Source: Rubripirellula sp. (GTDB lineage: Bacteria; Planctomycetota; Planctomycetia; Pirellulales; Pirellulaceae). Taken from it: DNA of 64,000 nt. Position 1 is the stretch's first letter, and every line of letters starts with the position of its first letter. The position numbers and the translations under genes are program-made. The DNA is taken from positions 4,704,001 to 4,768,000 of the forward strand of contig OZ244207.1 of the NCBI GenBank assembly GCA_965216875.1, written 5' to 3'. The notes under the pieces were generated by a model. That model was not told the DNA's origin. It saw only the letters and a program-made list of their open reading frames with translations, and did not search any database. Positions 47,157-59,064 of the stretch are shown here, piece by piece.

Positions 47157-48434
47157 TTAGAGTCGCTCTTGCAACTCAACCGGCTCCATCACTTTTGTGT
47201 TTCGCTCAACAGCGACCACGGTCGTGCGTTGACGCAGACCATCGCGACTCTCTGCCGTCACTGGCAGGACTTGTCGCTTGTCGGGAAGTTCCATGCGAAC
47301 CGTAAACGATCCATCCGGCTGGAGCTTCACGGGGCGACCCGCGACCATGACCGACGCGCTAGCGGCGGTCTTGCCGTAGATGATTAGTTCGGCGTCGACA
47401 TCAAACGGAAGCTTTGCCTGACGCAGTAGGGTTGGATCGGCAACCGTCTGGCCTTGCTCGCCACGGGTTGGCATCGGCCGACGCAGGCGCTCTTCGAAGA
47501 CATCCTTCAAATCGCCACCGTCAGTGTCGTAGCCACCGCTAAGCGAGTAAATACGTTCGTAATCTTCGGCGATGTCTCGCCAATGTTCGTCGAGACGTTC
47601 GCATTCACCTGGACGCGGTGTTTCAACCACGTTACTTCGACAAACCGTGTAGAACTCGTTGTTGTCCGACAGGTAACCGATCGCCACGCGGAAGCGAGCA
47701 GGAGGTTCATCAACATCGATGTACCAGTTGTCGACACCACCGTGGATCGGGATATCACGTTCGACACTTTCAGCACGATTGCTGCTGACGTCGCCAACGG
47801 TCAAAACGCGAAGCACTGGGATCGCGGTGTGCCAGCGTTCGGCCATGGCCGATTGAGCACGCTCGACGCTGGCGCGGGTGATTTCCCAAGTCGCTTGCAA
47901 CCAGAAGGCGTCGCGAACGAGCAACACGATGCGGTCTTGGTGAGGTTCGTCAGCACGTGTGCGTTTGGTTCCGCCGCGAACTGCGGCGCCACCGACCAGA
48001 GTGCCAGTGGAAAGGTCTTTGTTCTTTTGCTGGGCGTCACGCCGTTTTCGCATCTGCTGGCGAATCTTAAGTGACTTGGCCGAAACAGGCGGAGCCTTGG
48101 GAGCTTCAGGCTTCTTTTTCTTTTCGGCTGGCTTCTTGGCCGCGGGGGTTCGCTTTTCTGCGGTCACCGAACGAGAGGCGGTGGGAGAAGATTTGGCAGA
48201 GCTTTTTGCCTTTGGCGAAGCCGCTTTCGCGGACGCTTTGGCTGAAGAGCCTTTTGGCTTGCCGTTCTTCTCGGCGGTGGCTTTGCGTCGCAAGCGTCGC
48301 TGAACCTTCTTGATCTCCTCGATCAACTCATCCTTTTTCATGCCGTGCCAACCTGCAATGCCATAGTTTCTGGCCAGGTCGGCGAGCTCACGGCGTGTTT
48401 GAGCCTTCAAATCAGCGGTTGTGATCACCTGCAT
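47157..48434 (-). CDS. DUF4912-domain protein with Rho-termination-factor N-terminal-like domain
   Basis: ELADLARNYGIAGWHGMKKDELI (Rho_N-like); Lys/Ala-rich linker; DRIVLLVRDAFWLQATWE, NWYI, RSN.V.TP; C-terminal ELIIYG. Confidence 0.85.
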   Translation of the reverse strand: MQVITTADLKAQTRRELADLARNYGIAGWHGMKKDELIEEIKKVQRRLRRKATAEKNGKPKGSSAKASAKAASPKAKSSAKSSPTASRSVTAEKRTPAAKKPAEKKKKPEAPKAPPVSAKSLKIRQQMRKRRDAQQKNKDLSTGTLVGGAAVRGGTKRTRADEPHQDRIVLLVRDAFWLQATWEITRASVERAQSAMAERWHTAIPVLRVLTVGDVSSNRAESVERDIPIHGGVDNWYIDVDEPPARFRVAIGYLSDNNEFYTVCRSNVVETPRPGECERLDEHWRDIAEDYERIYSLSGGYDTDGGDLKDVFEERLRRPMPTRGEQGQTVADPTLLRQAKLPFDVDAELIIYGKTAASASVMVAGRPVKLQPDGSFTVRMELPDKRQVLPVTAESRDGLRQRTTVVAVERNTKVMEPVELQERL

Positions 48435-49168
48435 CTCCCAAATCCCGATTCAACGGACGGTTGAATCAATGTTGTTAATCTTTTTCGGCTCACCGCATGC
48501 GGTGATCGCCGATGTCCCCGTACAGTCCGTTGCGCGCGACGATTTCCGGAATTTCAGCGTCATCATGGGCTGTGACCGGCAGGGGTGCGTCTGCGGTGAT
48601 TTTCTTGGTCTTCCCCATAAGCCCCGACAGTCCTTGATCGATGACCCAAACGGCCAAACAAGGCACAGCCAAAGGGCGGGGTTCACGACCCGCTCAAACA
48701 GCAGTAACGGCACAATCGTCACCTGAAACATTATGCCAAGGGACGGCCGTTAGTTCTAGATGCTGGGGGCCATGATTCACCACATTGGGGCAAAAACTGC
48801 GGAATTCTGCTGCGGAAATCGCTATGAAAGGACAATCTTTTCTCGCTTCACCAAACCACCGAGTCGTCATTCTCCATTCGCCCTAGTCCAGCCTGTCTGC
48901 CAGACCCTCCTGGCTTGTGCTTTGGAGTCCGATCCGCCCTAAAAGGCCAGCTGCGGAACCGCTGGCCATTTCGCACAAAACAGGGTGCGACACTCGGTCG
49001 CTGGCACTAGCCGCCGGCTAATCGCAAGTCAAACTACGCACACAGGTCGCCGCCGATCTCACCTCGAAAGGGTGTCGGTTCCGCACGATGTGCTGTCTCA
49101 GCACACACGTTCGGGCCAACTCAGCCCCTCGAGCAACGACTCGGCAGTCATTGCTTTGGCAACGCCTC

Positions 49169-49411
49169 ATGAACGACGAGTCGCCCTTTGGCGGAAAATC
49201 GAAGCCGTGGATGCGGCTGGTCGGACTGGGGACGGAACTGGCAACCTTCACTCTCGTCATCGCCGGTCTTGGCTACGTCCTCGATTGGTATCGCCAACAC
49301 GAAACACCTTATGGCTTGGCGGGAGGAACGTTGATCGGTTTCATCCTTGGCATGACACGATTCATCATGCAGGCAATGCAATCGATGAATCAGCCACCCG
49401 AGGACCAGTGA
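49169..49411 (+). CDS. AtpZ/AtpI-family small membrane protein
   Basis: Two TMs with LGYVLD...TP...G..IGF..G motif; first gene of the atp operon. Confidence 0.8.
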   Translation: MNDESPFGGKSKPWMRLVGLGTELATFTLVIAGLGYVLDWYRQHETPYGLAGGTLIGFILGMTRFIMQAMQSMNQPPEDQ

Positions 49412-49545
49412 AGCAGGCGTCAGTGCACGCTGACCCCTCAAACCTGGCCCACGCATTGGCTACCGAGTGACATTCGTTGCTGGTAGCCGACGCTCTGCGG
49501 CGACCTTGAACCGCACTACCTTTATCAACTCACATCCGCCCAGCC

Positions 49546-50088
49546 GTGTCCGCCCCATCGCAACCTGCCGAAAGCAGCCAAGACCAAGTGGTCATGCGCC
49601 GCCAGACGGCTGCGGTTTGGACGGTCGCCCTCCGCCGCCAAACGGCAATCTGGCTTTGCGGAACGATCGTCTCGCTCGCAGCGGGGCCGATGCTTGAGCC
49701 GGCCGTGTCCCAAGCAGCCATCCTCATTGCGATTGCAAGCGGATTGATTGCAATTTTGCCGACGGTTTGCGGTTTCTTGGCGACGATTTTGTTGCCCTCA
49801 AACGCCGAGAAAGACGGCCCGCAAAGCAGGTTCGTCCGAACAGCGATCGCCGGAATGGTCGTTCGCGTCGTTGGGACCGTTGCACTTTTTGCAACATGCC
49901 GTTATCACTTGGCCGCGTCAGCCGAAACGATCGCTGCGTTGACCATCGGATGGTACGTCACCTTGGCTGCGGTTGAGTTCGTGGCGTTGATACAGCACTC
50001 CGGTCGCACCATCGAAACGCTTGGCGGATCGTCCGAATCGGCCGGTCACCAAGTCATGACGCACGTTCAAAGCGAATCACTTAGTTAG
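49546..50088 (+). CDS. ATP synthase I-like membrane protein
   Basis: Four hydrophobic segments, GMVVRVV; lies immediately before atpB. Start uncertain (49546 or 49594). Confidence 0.68.
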   Translation: MSAPSQPAESSQDQVVMRRQTAAVWTVALRRQTAIWLCGTIVSLAAGPMLEPAVSQAAILIAIASGLIAILPTVCGFLATILLPSNAEKDGPQSRFVRTAIAGMVVRVVGTVALFATCRYHLAASAETIAALTIGWYVTLAAVEFVALIQHSGRTIETLGGSSESAGHQVMTHVQSESLS

Positions 50089-50103
50089 GCAACCATAAGT
50101 TCG

Positions 50104-51102
50104 ATGATCCTCGCCTCAGCCGATCACAGCCCGATGGACCATGTTGTGCCTCACGCACTGCATGAAGAGCCGCTATTCAGCATGCATGTTGGAAGTGGTG
50201 ATGTCCCTGCGCTAAACATCTACGATGGTGTCTATAACTTCTTCATCACCAACCACTTGATGATGTCGGCATTTTCAGCCGTCGTGGTGATGCTGGTGTT
50301 CTTCCACGTTGCCAGCCGAGTCAAACCCAAGGGTGAAGGACTCGAGGCCTACAAGACGCGTGGCACGCTGGCCAACCTGTTTGAAACCATGTGCACCTTT
50401 GTTCGTGACGAAATGGTTCGTCCAAACCTTGGTGCCCTGACTGATAAATACATTTACTACATCTGGACCGTCTTTTTCTTTGTCCTGTTCTGCAACGTGC
50501 TGGGATTGATCCCGTTTGGGTACTTCCTCCAGCCAGCGACGGGCAATTCACATTGGGGCGGAACCGCAACGGGCAACTTGTCGCTCAACTCGATGCTGGC
50601 CTGTTGCAGCTTTGTCGCCATCCTGTTTGTCGGTATTCGCGAAACAGGACTCAAAGCGTTCTTGTCCCACTTCAACCCGCTGGGTTGGGACGATCCCAAG
50701 ATGTTGGTCATCGGCATCCCACTCTACTTCCTTGAGTGGTTGGGCTTGCTGATCAAGTGCATGGTGCTTTGCATGCGACTTTTCGGAACGATGATGTCGG
50801 GTCACTTGGTGATCGCTGCCTTCATCGGAATGGTCTTCTTGGCCACCGAGGTTTCGCACGGGCTTGGCTACTTTGTCGAGTTCGCCGTGATCATCGGCGG
50901 CATCTTGCTGACCCTGCTTGAACTGTTCATCTGCTGCCTGCAGGCCTTTATCTTCACGTTCTTGACGGTGCTGTTCATCTCGATGGTGGCCACGCATCAC
51001 GACCACGAACATGACGATGATCACGATCCGTTTACGGACGAAGGCCAAATGGACGTGGACAAGGTGATCGATCCATCACGTCTCGGACCGATGACCTCTT
51101 AA
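50104..51102 (+). CDS. atpB: ATP synthase Fo subunit a
   Basis: N.LGLIP, TATGN, RLFG, LQAFIFTFL. Confidence 0.95.
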   Translation: MILASADHSPMDHVVPHALHEEPLFSMHVGSGDVPALNIYDGVYNFFITNHLMMSAFSAVVVMLVFFHVASRVKPKGEGLEAYKTRGTLANLFETMCTFVRDEMVRPNLGALTDKYIYYIWTVFFFVLFCNVLGLIPFGYFLQPATGNSHWGGTATGNLSLNSMLACCSFVAILFVGIRETGLKAFLSHFNPLGWDDPKMLVIGIPLYFLEWLGLLIKCMVLCMRLFGTMMSGHLVIAAFIGMVFLATEVSHGLGYFVEFAVIIGGILLTLLELFICCLQAFIFTFLTVLFISMVATHHDHEHDDDHDPFTDEGQMDVDKVIDPSRLGPMTS

Positions 51103-51142
51103 TCAATCAATTGACCCCCTTTAACCCATCAGTGACTTCTAA

Positions 51143-51469
<327 letters not shown>

Positions 51470-51599
51470 CTTGCAGAGTTCTTGTCCCTGGACAAAGACT
51501 CTGTGGCACGCCGGTTTGATTTTGGAAAGTGCGCTCGCGGTTGCGCGAGTGCATGACGCGAATGCCTCTGTTCGAAAAGACGATCCGCAAGGCGAATCC

Positions 51600-52355
51600 A
51601 TGTTGTTGCTTAAGTTTAGCCGAATTCCTTTGTTAGCAGCCTTGGCGCTGTTTGCGTTCACCGCTGTTCCGACCGTCGTCTCCGCCCAGGATGACGCCGC
51701 GACCGAGCAAGCGGACACGGACGCCGAGCAGGCCACGGACCACGACGAAGGTGACCATGATGATGGCGATCACAAAGAGGGTCACGACGAAAGTGACCAC
51801 GACAGTGATGCCAAGCACGCAGGCGATGATGGCCATGGCGGCCACGGCGAACACAAAACGCCACCCCTGCTTTCATGGGACTTCGGTTCGGCCGTCTGTA
51901 ACCTCGCCATCTTCCTTGGCGTTTTCGCAATCCTGTCGAAATTCGTTTGGCCTGTGATCCTCGGTGGTCTCAAGGCTCGCGAAGACAAGATCGCAGACGA
52001 CCTGGAAAGTGCCGAAAAAGCAAACGCCGACGCCAAGCAACTGTTGGCTGATTACCAAGCCAAAGTGGATGACGCCGCCAAGCAGGTGCAAACCATGCTT
52101 GCCGACGCTCGCAAGGATTCCGAGGCCGCAGGCCAACGAATCGTTGAAGAAGCCAAGGCAGAAGCGGAACGTCAACGCGAGCGAGCTGTCGCCGATATCG
52201 AAACGGCAAAGAAGGTTGCGCTGTCCGATCTGGCCGGCCAAACTTCCGACATGGCAATCAACGTCGCAAAACAAGTGGTCGGCCGCGAACTAAAAGCGGA
52301 AGATCACGCGGAGCTGATTCGCAAGTCGCTTGATCAACTTCCCAGTAACAACTAA
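51600..52355 (+). CDS. atpF: ATP synthase Fo subunit b with N-terminal signal-like and His/Asp-rich extension
   Basis: KFVWPVIL..LKARE..I, coiled coil; operon position. Confidence 0.92.
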   Translation: MLLLKFSRIPLLAALALFAFTAVPTVVSAQDDAATEQADTDAEQATDHDEGDHDDGDHKEGHDESDHDSDAKHAGDDGHGGHGEHKTPPLLSWDFGSAVCNLAIFLGVFAILSKFVWPVILGGLKAREDKIADDLESAEKANADAKQLLADYQAKVDDAAKQVQTMLADARKDSEAAGQRIVEEAKAEAERQRERAVADIETAKKVALSDLAGQTSDMAINVAKQVVGRELKAEDHAELIRKSLDQLPSNN

Positions 52356-52394
52356 GCACCTTTTTGACCGTCCGTCCACGACGCGGAAGCACAA

Positions 52395-53018
52395 ATGAGC
52401 GAAGCCGTCAAACACGATACCGTGCTCGACACCGGCGCCGAAAAATTGGGCAAGACCTATGCCCAGGCGTTGATCGGTGCCGCCAAAGAGGCATCGGTTG
52501 CCGATCAGGTGATCGAGCAACTCGGGCGACTCGTCGACGAGTATCTTGATGGCAGCCCCGAGCTTGCTGCCGTGTTCGGTTCGCCGCGGATCGACGTTGA
52601 GGAAAAGGTGCGTGTCATCGACAAGATCTTTGCCGATGAATTCCACGCCGTGCTGGTCAAGTTTTTGAAAGTCATGGCTCGTCGCGGACGTCTTGGTTAC
52701 GTCCGTGCCGTTCGCCAGGCTGCCGAAAACATTCATGACGAAATGCTCGGTCGCATCTTGGCCACCGTTCAAACGGCCGTCCCACTGGACGACGCCTCGC
52801 GTGGTCAAATCATCGATCGCCTCAGCGGCGTGCTCAACAAAGAAGTTCGCCTGCGAGAATCCGTTGATTCCAACTTGATCGGCGGCATCGTGATTCGCGT
52901 TGGTGACCAAGTCTTTGACAGCAGCGTCGCCAATCGATTGGACAAAATGGCGCGACACGCTCGTGCTGGTTTCTCCACCCAGTTGTTGCAAAAGTTCGAG
53001 CAGTTTACTGCCGAGTAA
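52395..53018 (+). CDS. atpH: ATP synthase F1 subunit delta
   Basis: YAQAL, VD..LIGG.VIRVGD.VFDSS. Confidence 0.95.
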   Translation: MSEAVKHDTVLDTGAEKLGKTYAQALIGAAKEASVADQVIEQLGRLVDEYLDGSPELAAVFGSPRIDVEEKVRVIDKIFADEFHAVLVKFLKVMARRGRLGYVRAVRQAAENIHDEMLGRILATVQTAVPLDDASRGQIIDRLSGVLNKEVRLRESVDSNLIGGIVIRVGDQVFDSSVANRLDKMARHARAGFSTQLLQKFEQFTAE

Positions 53019-53109
53019 TCGGCCGCAAAGTCGAAACCACTACAAAACAAAATCGAAATCAAAATCGCGAGCGACAGCTCGCTTACCCCTAAGCCTTCAT
53101 CATTGACCC

Positions 53110-54624
53110 ATGAAATTTAGCAGCGACGAAATCGCCTCGGTCTTGCAACAAGAGATCGAAGGATTGGACAGTAAGATTGATGTCCGCGAAGTCGGTACCG
53201 TGCTGGAAGTCGGTGACGGTATCGCCCGCGTCTATGGTCTCTCGGGCGTGATGGCCGGCGAGATGGTTGAATTCCCCAACGGTGCCATCGGCCTCGCGTT
53301 TAACCTCGAAGAAACTTCGGTCGGGGTGATCATCCTTGGTGACTACCTTTCGATCCAAGAAGGCGACGAAGTCAAAGCACTCGGCACGCTGCTTTCGGTT
53401 CCCGCTGGTGACGCTGTCATCGGACGCGTTCTCGACCCACTCGGAAACCCACTCGACGGCAAAGGCCCCGTCCAAACCGACGTCACTCGCCCCGTGGAAA
53501 TCATCGCCACCGGTGTTGCCGAGCGACAACCAGTGACCGAGCCCATGCAAACCGGGATCAAAGCGATCGACGCGATGACCCCGATCGGACGTGGACAACG
53601 CGAACTGATCATTGGTGACCGTAAGACCGGTAAGACGGCAGTCGCGATCGACGCGATCCTGAACCAAAAAGGCAAGAACGTTAAGTGCTTCTACGTTGCG
53701 ATCGGCCAAAAGGACTCGGCGGTTGCCGGTGTGGTCGACGTGCTCGAAAAGTACGGTGCCATGGAATACACCACGGTCATCGTCGCGGGTGCCTCCGCTC
53801 CTGCACCGCTGCAGTACGTTGCACCTTACGCGGGTACAGCAATGGCCGAACACTTCATGTTCAACAGCGGCCACTCGCTTGTTGTCTACGATGACTTGTC
53901 CAAGCAAGCGACGGCCTACCGCCAAATGAGCTTGTTGATGCGTCGCCCACCAGGACGCGAAGCTTACCCTGGTGACGTGTTCTACTGTCACAGTCGTCTG
54001 CTCGAACGTTCGGCAAAACTTTCGGATGCCCTCGGTGGCGGTTCGATCACCAGCTTGCCGATCATCGAAACACTCGAAGGCGAAGTTTCGGCTTACATTC
54101 CAACCAACGTGATTTCGATCACCGATGGCCAAATCTACCTCCAACCCGACTTGTTCTTCGCTGGTATCCGTCCCGCGATGAACGCTGGTATCTCCGTCTC
54201 GCGCGTGGGTGGTGCTGCACAAGTCAAAGCGATGAAAAAGGTCGCCGGTGGTTTGCGTCTCGACTTGGCTGCCTTCCGTGCACTCGAAGCATTCGCACAA
54301 CTCGGTACCGACCTCGATGCGGCAACCCAAGCTCAGCTTGATCGCGGTTACCGCATGGTCGAATTGCTCAAGCAACCTCAGTACCAACCAAAGAGTGTTG
54401 CCGAGCAAGTCCTTAGCCTTTACGCCGGTACTCGCGGATTCATTGACGATGTGCCTGTGAAAGCCGTTTCGCAATGGGAAACGGACTTCCTGCAGTTCGC
54501 TGCCGACAAGCACGCGGATGCGATCAGCTTGCTGGCCGAAAAGGCTGACTTGACCGACGACGTCGTCGAGAAGATTGAAGCCTGCATTAACGATTTCAAG
54601 AGCAGCTACACGATCCCTGAGTAA
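53110..54624 (+). CDS. atpA: ATP synthase F1 subunit alpha
   Basis: [27 protein letters not shown]. Confidence 0.98.
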   Translation: MKFSSDEIASVLQQEIEGLDSKIDVREVGTVLEVGDGIARVYGLSGVMAGEMVEFPNGAIGLAFNLEETSVGVIILGDYLSIQEGDEVKALGTLLSVPAGDAVIGRVLDPLGNPLDGKGPVQTDVTRPVEIIATGVAERQPVTEPMQTGIKAIDAMTPIGRGQRELIIGDRKTGKTAVAIDAILNQKGKNVKCFYVAIGQKDSAVAGVVDVLEKYGAMEYTTVIVAGASAPAPLQYVAPYAGTAMAEHFMFNSGHSLVVYDDLSKQATAYRQMSLLMRRPPGREAYPGDVFYCHSRLLERSAKLSDALGGGSITSLPIIETLEGEVSAYIPTNVISITDGQIYLQPDLFFAGIRPAMNAGISVSRVGGAAQVKAMKKVAGGLRLDLAAFRALEAFAQLGTDLDAATQAQLDRGYRMVELLKQPQYQPKSVAEQVLSLYAGTRGFIDDVPVKAVSQWETDFLQFAADKHADAISLLAEKADLTDDVVEKIEACINDFKSSYTIPE

Positions 54625-54648
54625 ACCTCAGCGAACCTGTAGCCCAAA

Positions 54649-54699
54649 AGCACAAGTGCTGAACCTAGAACCCGTCAGCACAAGTGCTGAACCTAGAAC
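54649..54699. repeat. 23-bp direct repeat x2 (AGCACAAGTGCTGAACCTAGAAC) between atpA and atpG
   Basis: Copies at 54649-54671 and 54677-54699. Confidence 0.9.
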
Positions 54700-54726
54700 A
54701 CTGACCGCCACTGGAACGACCGATTC

Positions 54727-55617
54727 ATGGCCAACGCCCGCGCACTCGATAAACGTCGCAAATCAATTCGCAACATCCGCAAGATCACGCGGACGATGGA
54801 GTTGATCGCTACGGCGCGCTATAAGAAAGCGATGGATCGCGCCGCCGCTGTGACGGCTTACACCGATCGACTCGCTTCGATCGTCAATTCGCTTGCAGCC
54901 GCAGGCACCGAAGTTCAGCACCCGCTTTTGGAAAAGCGTGACAACCCGCAATCCGCTCGCGTGCTGGTCCTTTCCAGCAATCGTGGGCTCTGTGGTGGTT
55001 ACAACGCCGGCATCCTGCGAGCCACATTGCCACTGCTGGAAGAGCTCAAAGGATCGATCGATCAAGTGGCTTGCGATGTCAGCGGTAAGCGAGGCATCAA
55101 CGGCTTGAAGTTTCGCGGCGTCGAAGCCGACGAAACCTACACCCACTTTGAAGATCAACCCAAGTACGACGAAGTGGACGAAATCGCTTCGAAGTACCTT
55201 GAACAATACATCACCGGCCAAATCGATCGCCTCGATGTGGTCTACACCAAGTTCATCAGCACCAGCAAACAGATCGCCACGATCGAAACGCTGTTGCCAC
55301 TTGGATCCCTTGATGATGGCGACGGTGGATCGACGGAAGACGCGTCTGGCAGCAATGTCGAATACGAATTCCTTCCTTCGGCCGAAAGCATCCTCGAAGA
55401 AGTCGTGCCAACGAGCTTTAAAGCGAAGTTGTTCAAATGCTTCTTGGACGCTGCCGTGAGCGAGCAAGTTGCTCGAATGATCGCCATGAAAGGTGCAACC
55501 GAGAGTGCCGGCGACATGATCCAGCAACTGTCGATGACCTACAACCGTGCTCGTCAGAGCCAAATTACCGGCGAGATCATGGAGATCATCGGCGGTGTGG
55601 AAGCACTCGAGTCATAA
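54727..55617 (+). CDS. atpG: ATP synthase F1 subunit gamma
   Basis: KITRTMELIA, RGLCGGYN, YNRARQ.QIT.E. Confidence 0.97.
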   Translation: MANARALDKRRKSIRNIRKITRTMELIATARYKKAMDRAAAVTAYTDRLASIVNSLAAAGTEVQHPLLEKRDNPQSARVLVLSSNRGLCGGYNAGILRATLPLLEELKGSIDQVACDVSGKRGINGLKFRGVEADETYTHFEDQPKYDEVDEIASKYLEQYITGQIDRLDVVYTKFISTSKQIATIETLLPLGSLDDGDGGSTEDASGSNVEYEFLPSAESILEEVVPTSFKAKLFKCFLDAAVSEQVARMIAMKGATESAGDMIQQLSMTYNRARQSQITGEIMEIIGGVEALES

Positions 55618-57135
<1,518 letters not shown>

Positions 57136-57138
57136 GCT

Positions 57139-57525
57139 ATGTCGCTTCGTTGCATTGTTGTCACTCCCGAACGCACCGAACTGGATCGCGAAGCCGAATC
57201 AATTTCGCTTCCGATGTTCGATGGCGAATTGGGCGTGCTCAAGGGGCGTGCCCCGCTGATCGGCCGACTCGGTTTTGGGACATTGCGGTTGCAAACCGCA
57301 GCTGGACCAGAGAAGTACTACGTCGACGGTGGCTTCGCGCAGGTCGAAGGCGACGTCGTCAGCATTTTGACCGGCCGTGCGATTGCTGTCGATTTGCTCG
57401 ACCACGAGGAAGCTCGTCAATCACTCGACGACGCCAAGGCGTTGCCTGGTTCGACGCCTGAAGAGATGCAGTTGAAAGAAACCGCATTGCGTCGCGCTCG
57501 TGGCCAAGTCCGAGCCTCACGCTAA
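57139..57525 (+). CDS. atpC: ATP synthase F1 subunit epsilon
   Basis: VVTPE, GELGVL.G.APL, VDGGF. Confidence 0.95.
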   Translation: MSLRCIVVTPERTELDREAESISLPMFDGELGVLKGRAPLIGRLGFGTLRLQTAAGPEKYYVDGGFAQVEGDVVSILTGRAIAVDLLDHEEARQSLDDAKALPGSTPEEMQLKETALRRARGQVRASR

Positions 57526-57545
57526 ACGATCGTGAGCCGTCCTTC

Positions 57546-57767
57546 GTAGCTGCCTTCGCCCGAAGGTGGTTTGTGCGGCGGACCGCTCCCCACTTCCTCT
57601 TCGGGTGAGTCGCTGGCCGTGAGGCCTCGGGCCTTAATAATCTGTGCAAGGCCCGACGCTAGCGCGTTCGGCTCACGTCCATGATGTAGCTACCTTCGCC
57701 AGAAGGTGGTTTGTGTTGGCAAGCGGTCAACCGTCACCCCACGCTCTGGCGAGCGTAGCGTAGCTAC
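57546..57767. repeat. REP cluster: degenerate B (57546), A-like variant (57605), A(-) 57650-57676, B doublet 57686-57767
   Basis: Sequence match to other copies; lies between convergent operons. Confidence 0.86.
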
Positions 57768-57804
57768 GGTTTGTGATCAAGCCAGGACGCTTACGCGTCC
57801 CGCC

Positions 57805-59004
57805 TTACTTGATGCCCATGCCATTGGGGCGTTTGGTGATCGCGCCTCGCACGCCAAGCTGCCTTGGATCCCTGGCGATCTTGTCCGAAAAGATTCGCAC
57901 GTCATCCAAGATCGGACGCACCTTCGCGGTCGCTTCTTCGATGTTCGTGATCGTCCGGCGGATTTGGTAGTAAAGCTCTTCGTCTTCCAGGAACCGCTTC
58001 AGCGTTCCATCGCCGTTGTTGAGTGACTTGCCAAACTCTTCGACCTGGAACAAAGCGCTGTCGACCCGAGCGAGCGTTCCACGCACCTGAGCCACCATCT
58101 CGTCGCTCTGTTCGGCGAGCGGTGTGGTGAATTGTTCAATGTTGTTGAACGTACGCTGAACACTCTCGACCGTGTCTTCGGCGGCGATGCCCACCTGCTC
58201 GAATTGGTCACCAACACGCTGAAAACTCTTGAACGCATCTTGTGTCGAATCGAGCGTCTCTTGGACGTTCTGCAACAAGTCCGGCAGTTGCTGGATTGAC
58301 GACTGGAGGTTTCGCTGCATTTCGGGATCACCGACGATCGTGCGGACGTCACGCATCGCACCCTGAAACTCTTGGAGAGCGGCGACCGCTTCGTCAGCGA
58401 CTTCCGAGATCTTGCCGTCTTCGGCATTGACCATTTCGCGAAAGTCACCGGCGAGTTGATCGACGCTGTTGCTCGCATCCGCGATCGATTGGCCGGCAGT
58501 GCGAATGACGTCGAAGGTTTCTGCCAAGTCGTCCTGCATTTCCAGCAACCCAGGCGTCACCGAGCCGTAGGGAATGAACTCTTCGATTTCGCTGTAGGGC
58601 AAATCCAAGATCTCCTGGTCGTCGCCCCAGTTGCGAACCAACTCCTGCTCGCTCCCTTTGACGAATTCGAGCTTGGCATCGCCTGACACCAGACTGCCGG
58701 CGCCGATTTTCGGAATATAGCGATGCGTCAGGTAGGTTCGGTGCTTGAGTTGCATTTCAAGCGTCACTTGCACGCCCCCTTCGGGGCGCAAACGAACATC
58801 GGCGACGCGGCCGATCGCAACGCCATCGCGCACGACCTTGCTGTTCACGCCAATCCCTTCGGCCGAATCGAAGTTGACAATCAACTTGTAGTCGCGCGTC
58901 AGCACACTTGGAAACGCACCAAACAAAAACGTCAAGATGATGGCGATCCCAATGGCCGAGATTACCAGCACGCCGACGCCGAATCGTAGTTTATTGTCAT
59001 CCAT
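57805..59004 (-). CDS. mlaD: MCE/MlaD-family protein with long helical region
   Basis: N-terminal TM, F..AEGI....V...GV.IGRV MCE motif, helical tail with GTL..FL.DEELY. Confidence 0.87.
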   Translation of the reverse strand: MDDNKLRFGVGVLVISAIGIAIILTFLFGAFPSVLTRDYKLIVNFDSAEGIGVNSKVVRDGVAIGRVADVRLRPEGGVQVTLEMQLKHRTYLTHRYIPKIGAGSLVSGDAKLEFVKGSEQELVRNWGDDQEILDLPYSEIEEFIPYGSVTPGLLEMQDDLAETFDVIRTAGQSIADASNSVDQLAGDFREMVNAEDGKISEVADEAVAALQEFQGAMRDVRTIVGDPEMQRNLQSSIQQLPDLLQNVQETLDSTQDAFKSFQRVGDQFEQVGIAAEDTVESVQRTFNNIEQFTTPLAEQSDEMVAQVRGTLARVDSALFQVEEFGKSLNNGDGTLKRFLEDEELYYQIRRTITNIEEATAKVRPILDDVRIFSDKIARDPRQLGVRGAITKRPNGMGIK

Positions 59005-59064
59005 GACTGTTACTCAAAACCAACCGATGCGTCTTTTGAATCCGTGACGCAGAGGAAGGAAAAC

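Noticed and set aside
48435..49168. Short ORFs or an RNA gene upstream of the atp operon
   Set aside because: No recognisable protein motifs, cloverleaf or strong structure; treated as a divergent promoter region.
51504..51519. Sigma-54 promoter TGGCACG between atpE and atpF
   Set aside because: The -12 element reads TTTG rather than TTGC at the required spacing.
53089..54513. 474-aa minus-strand ORF, and similar long antisense ORFs (21559-22500, 40683-41741, 54763-55563)
   Set aside because: Shadow frames opposite well-supported genes, with no recognisable motifs.
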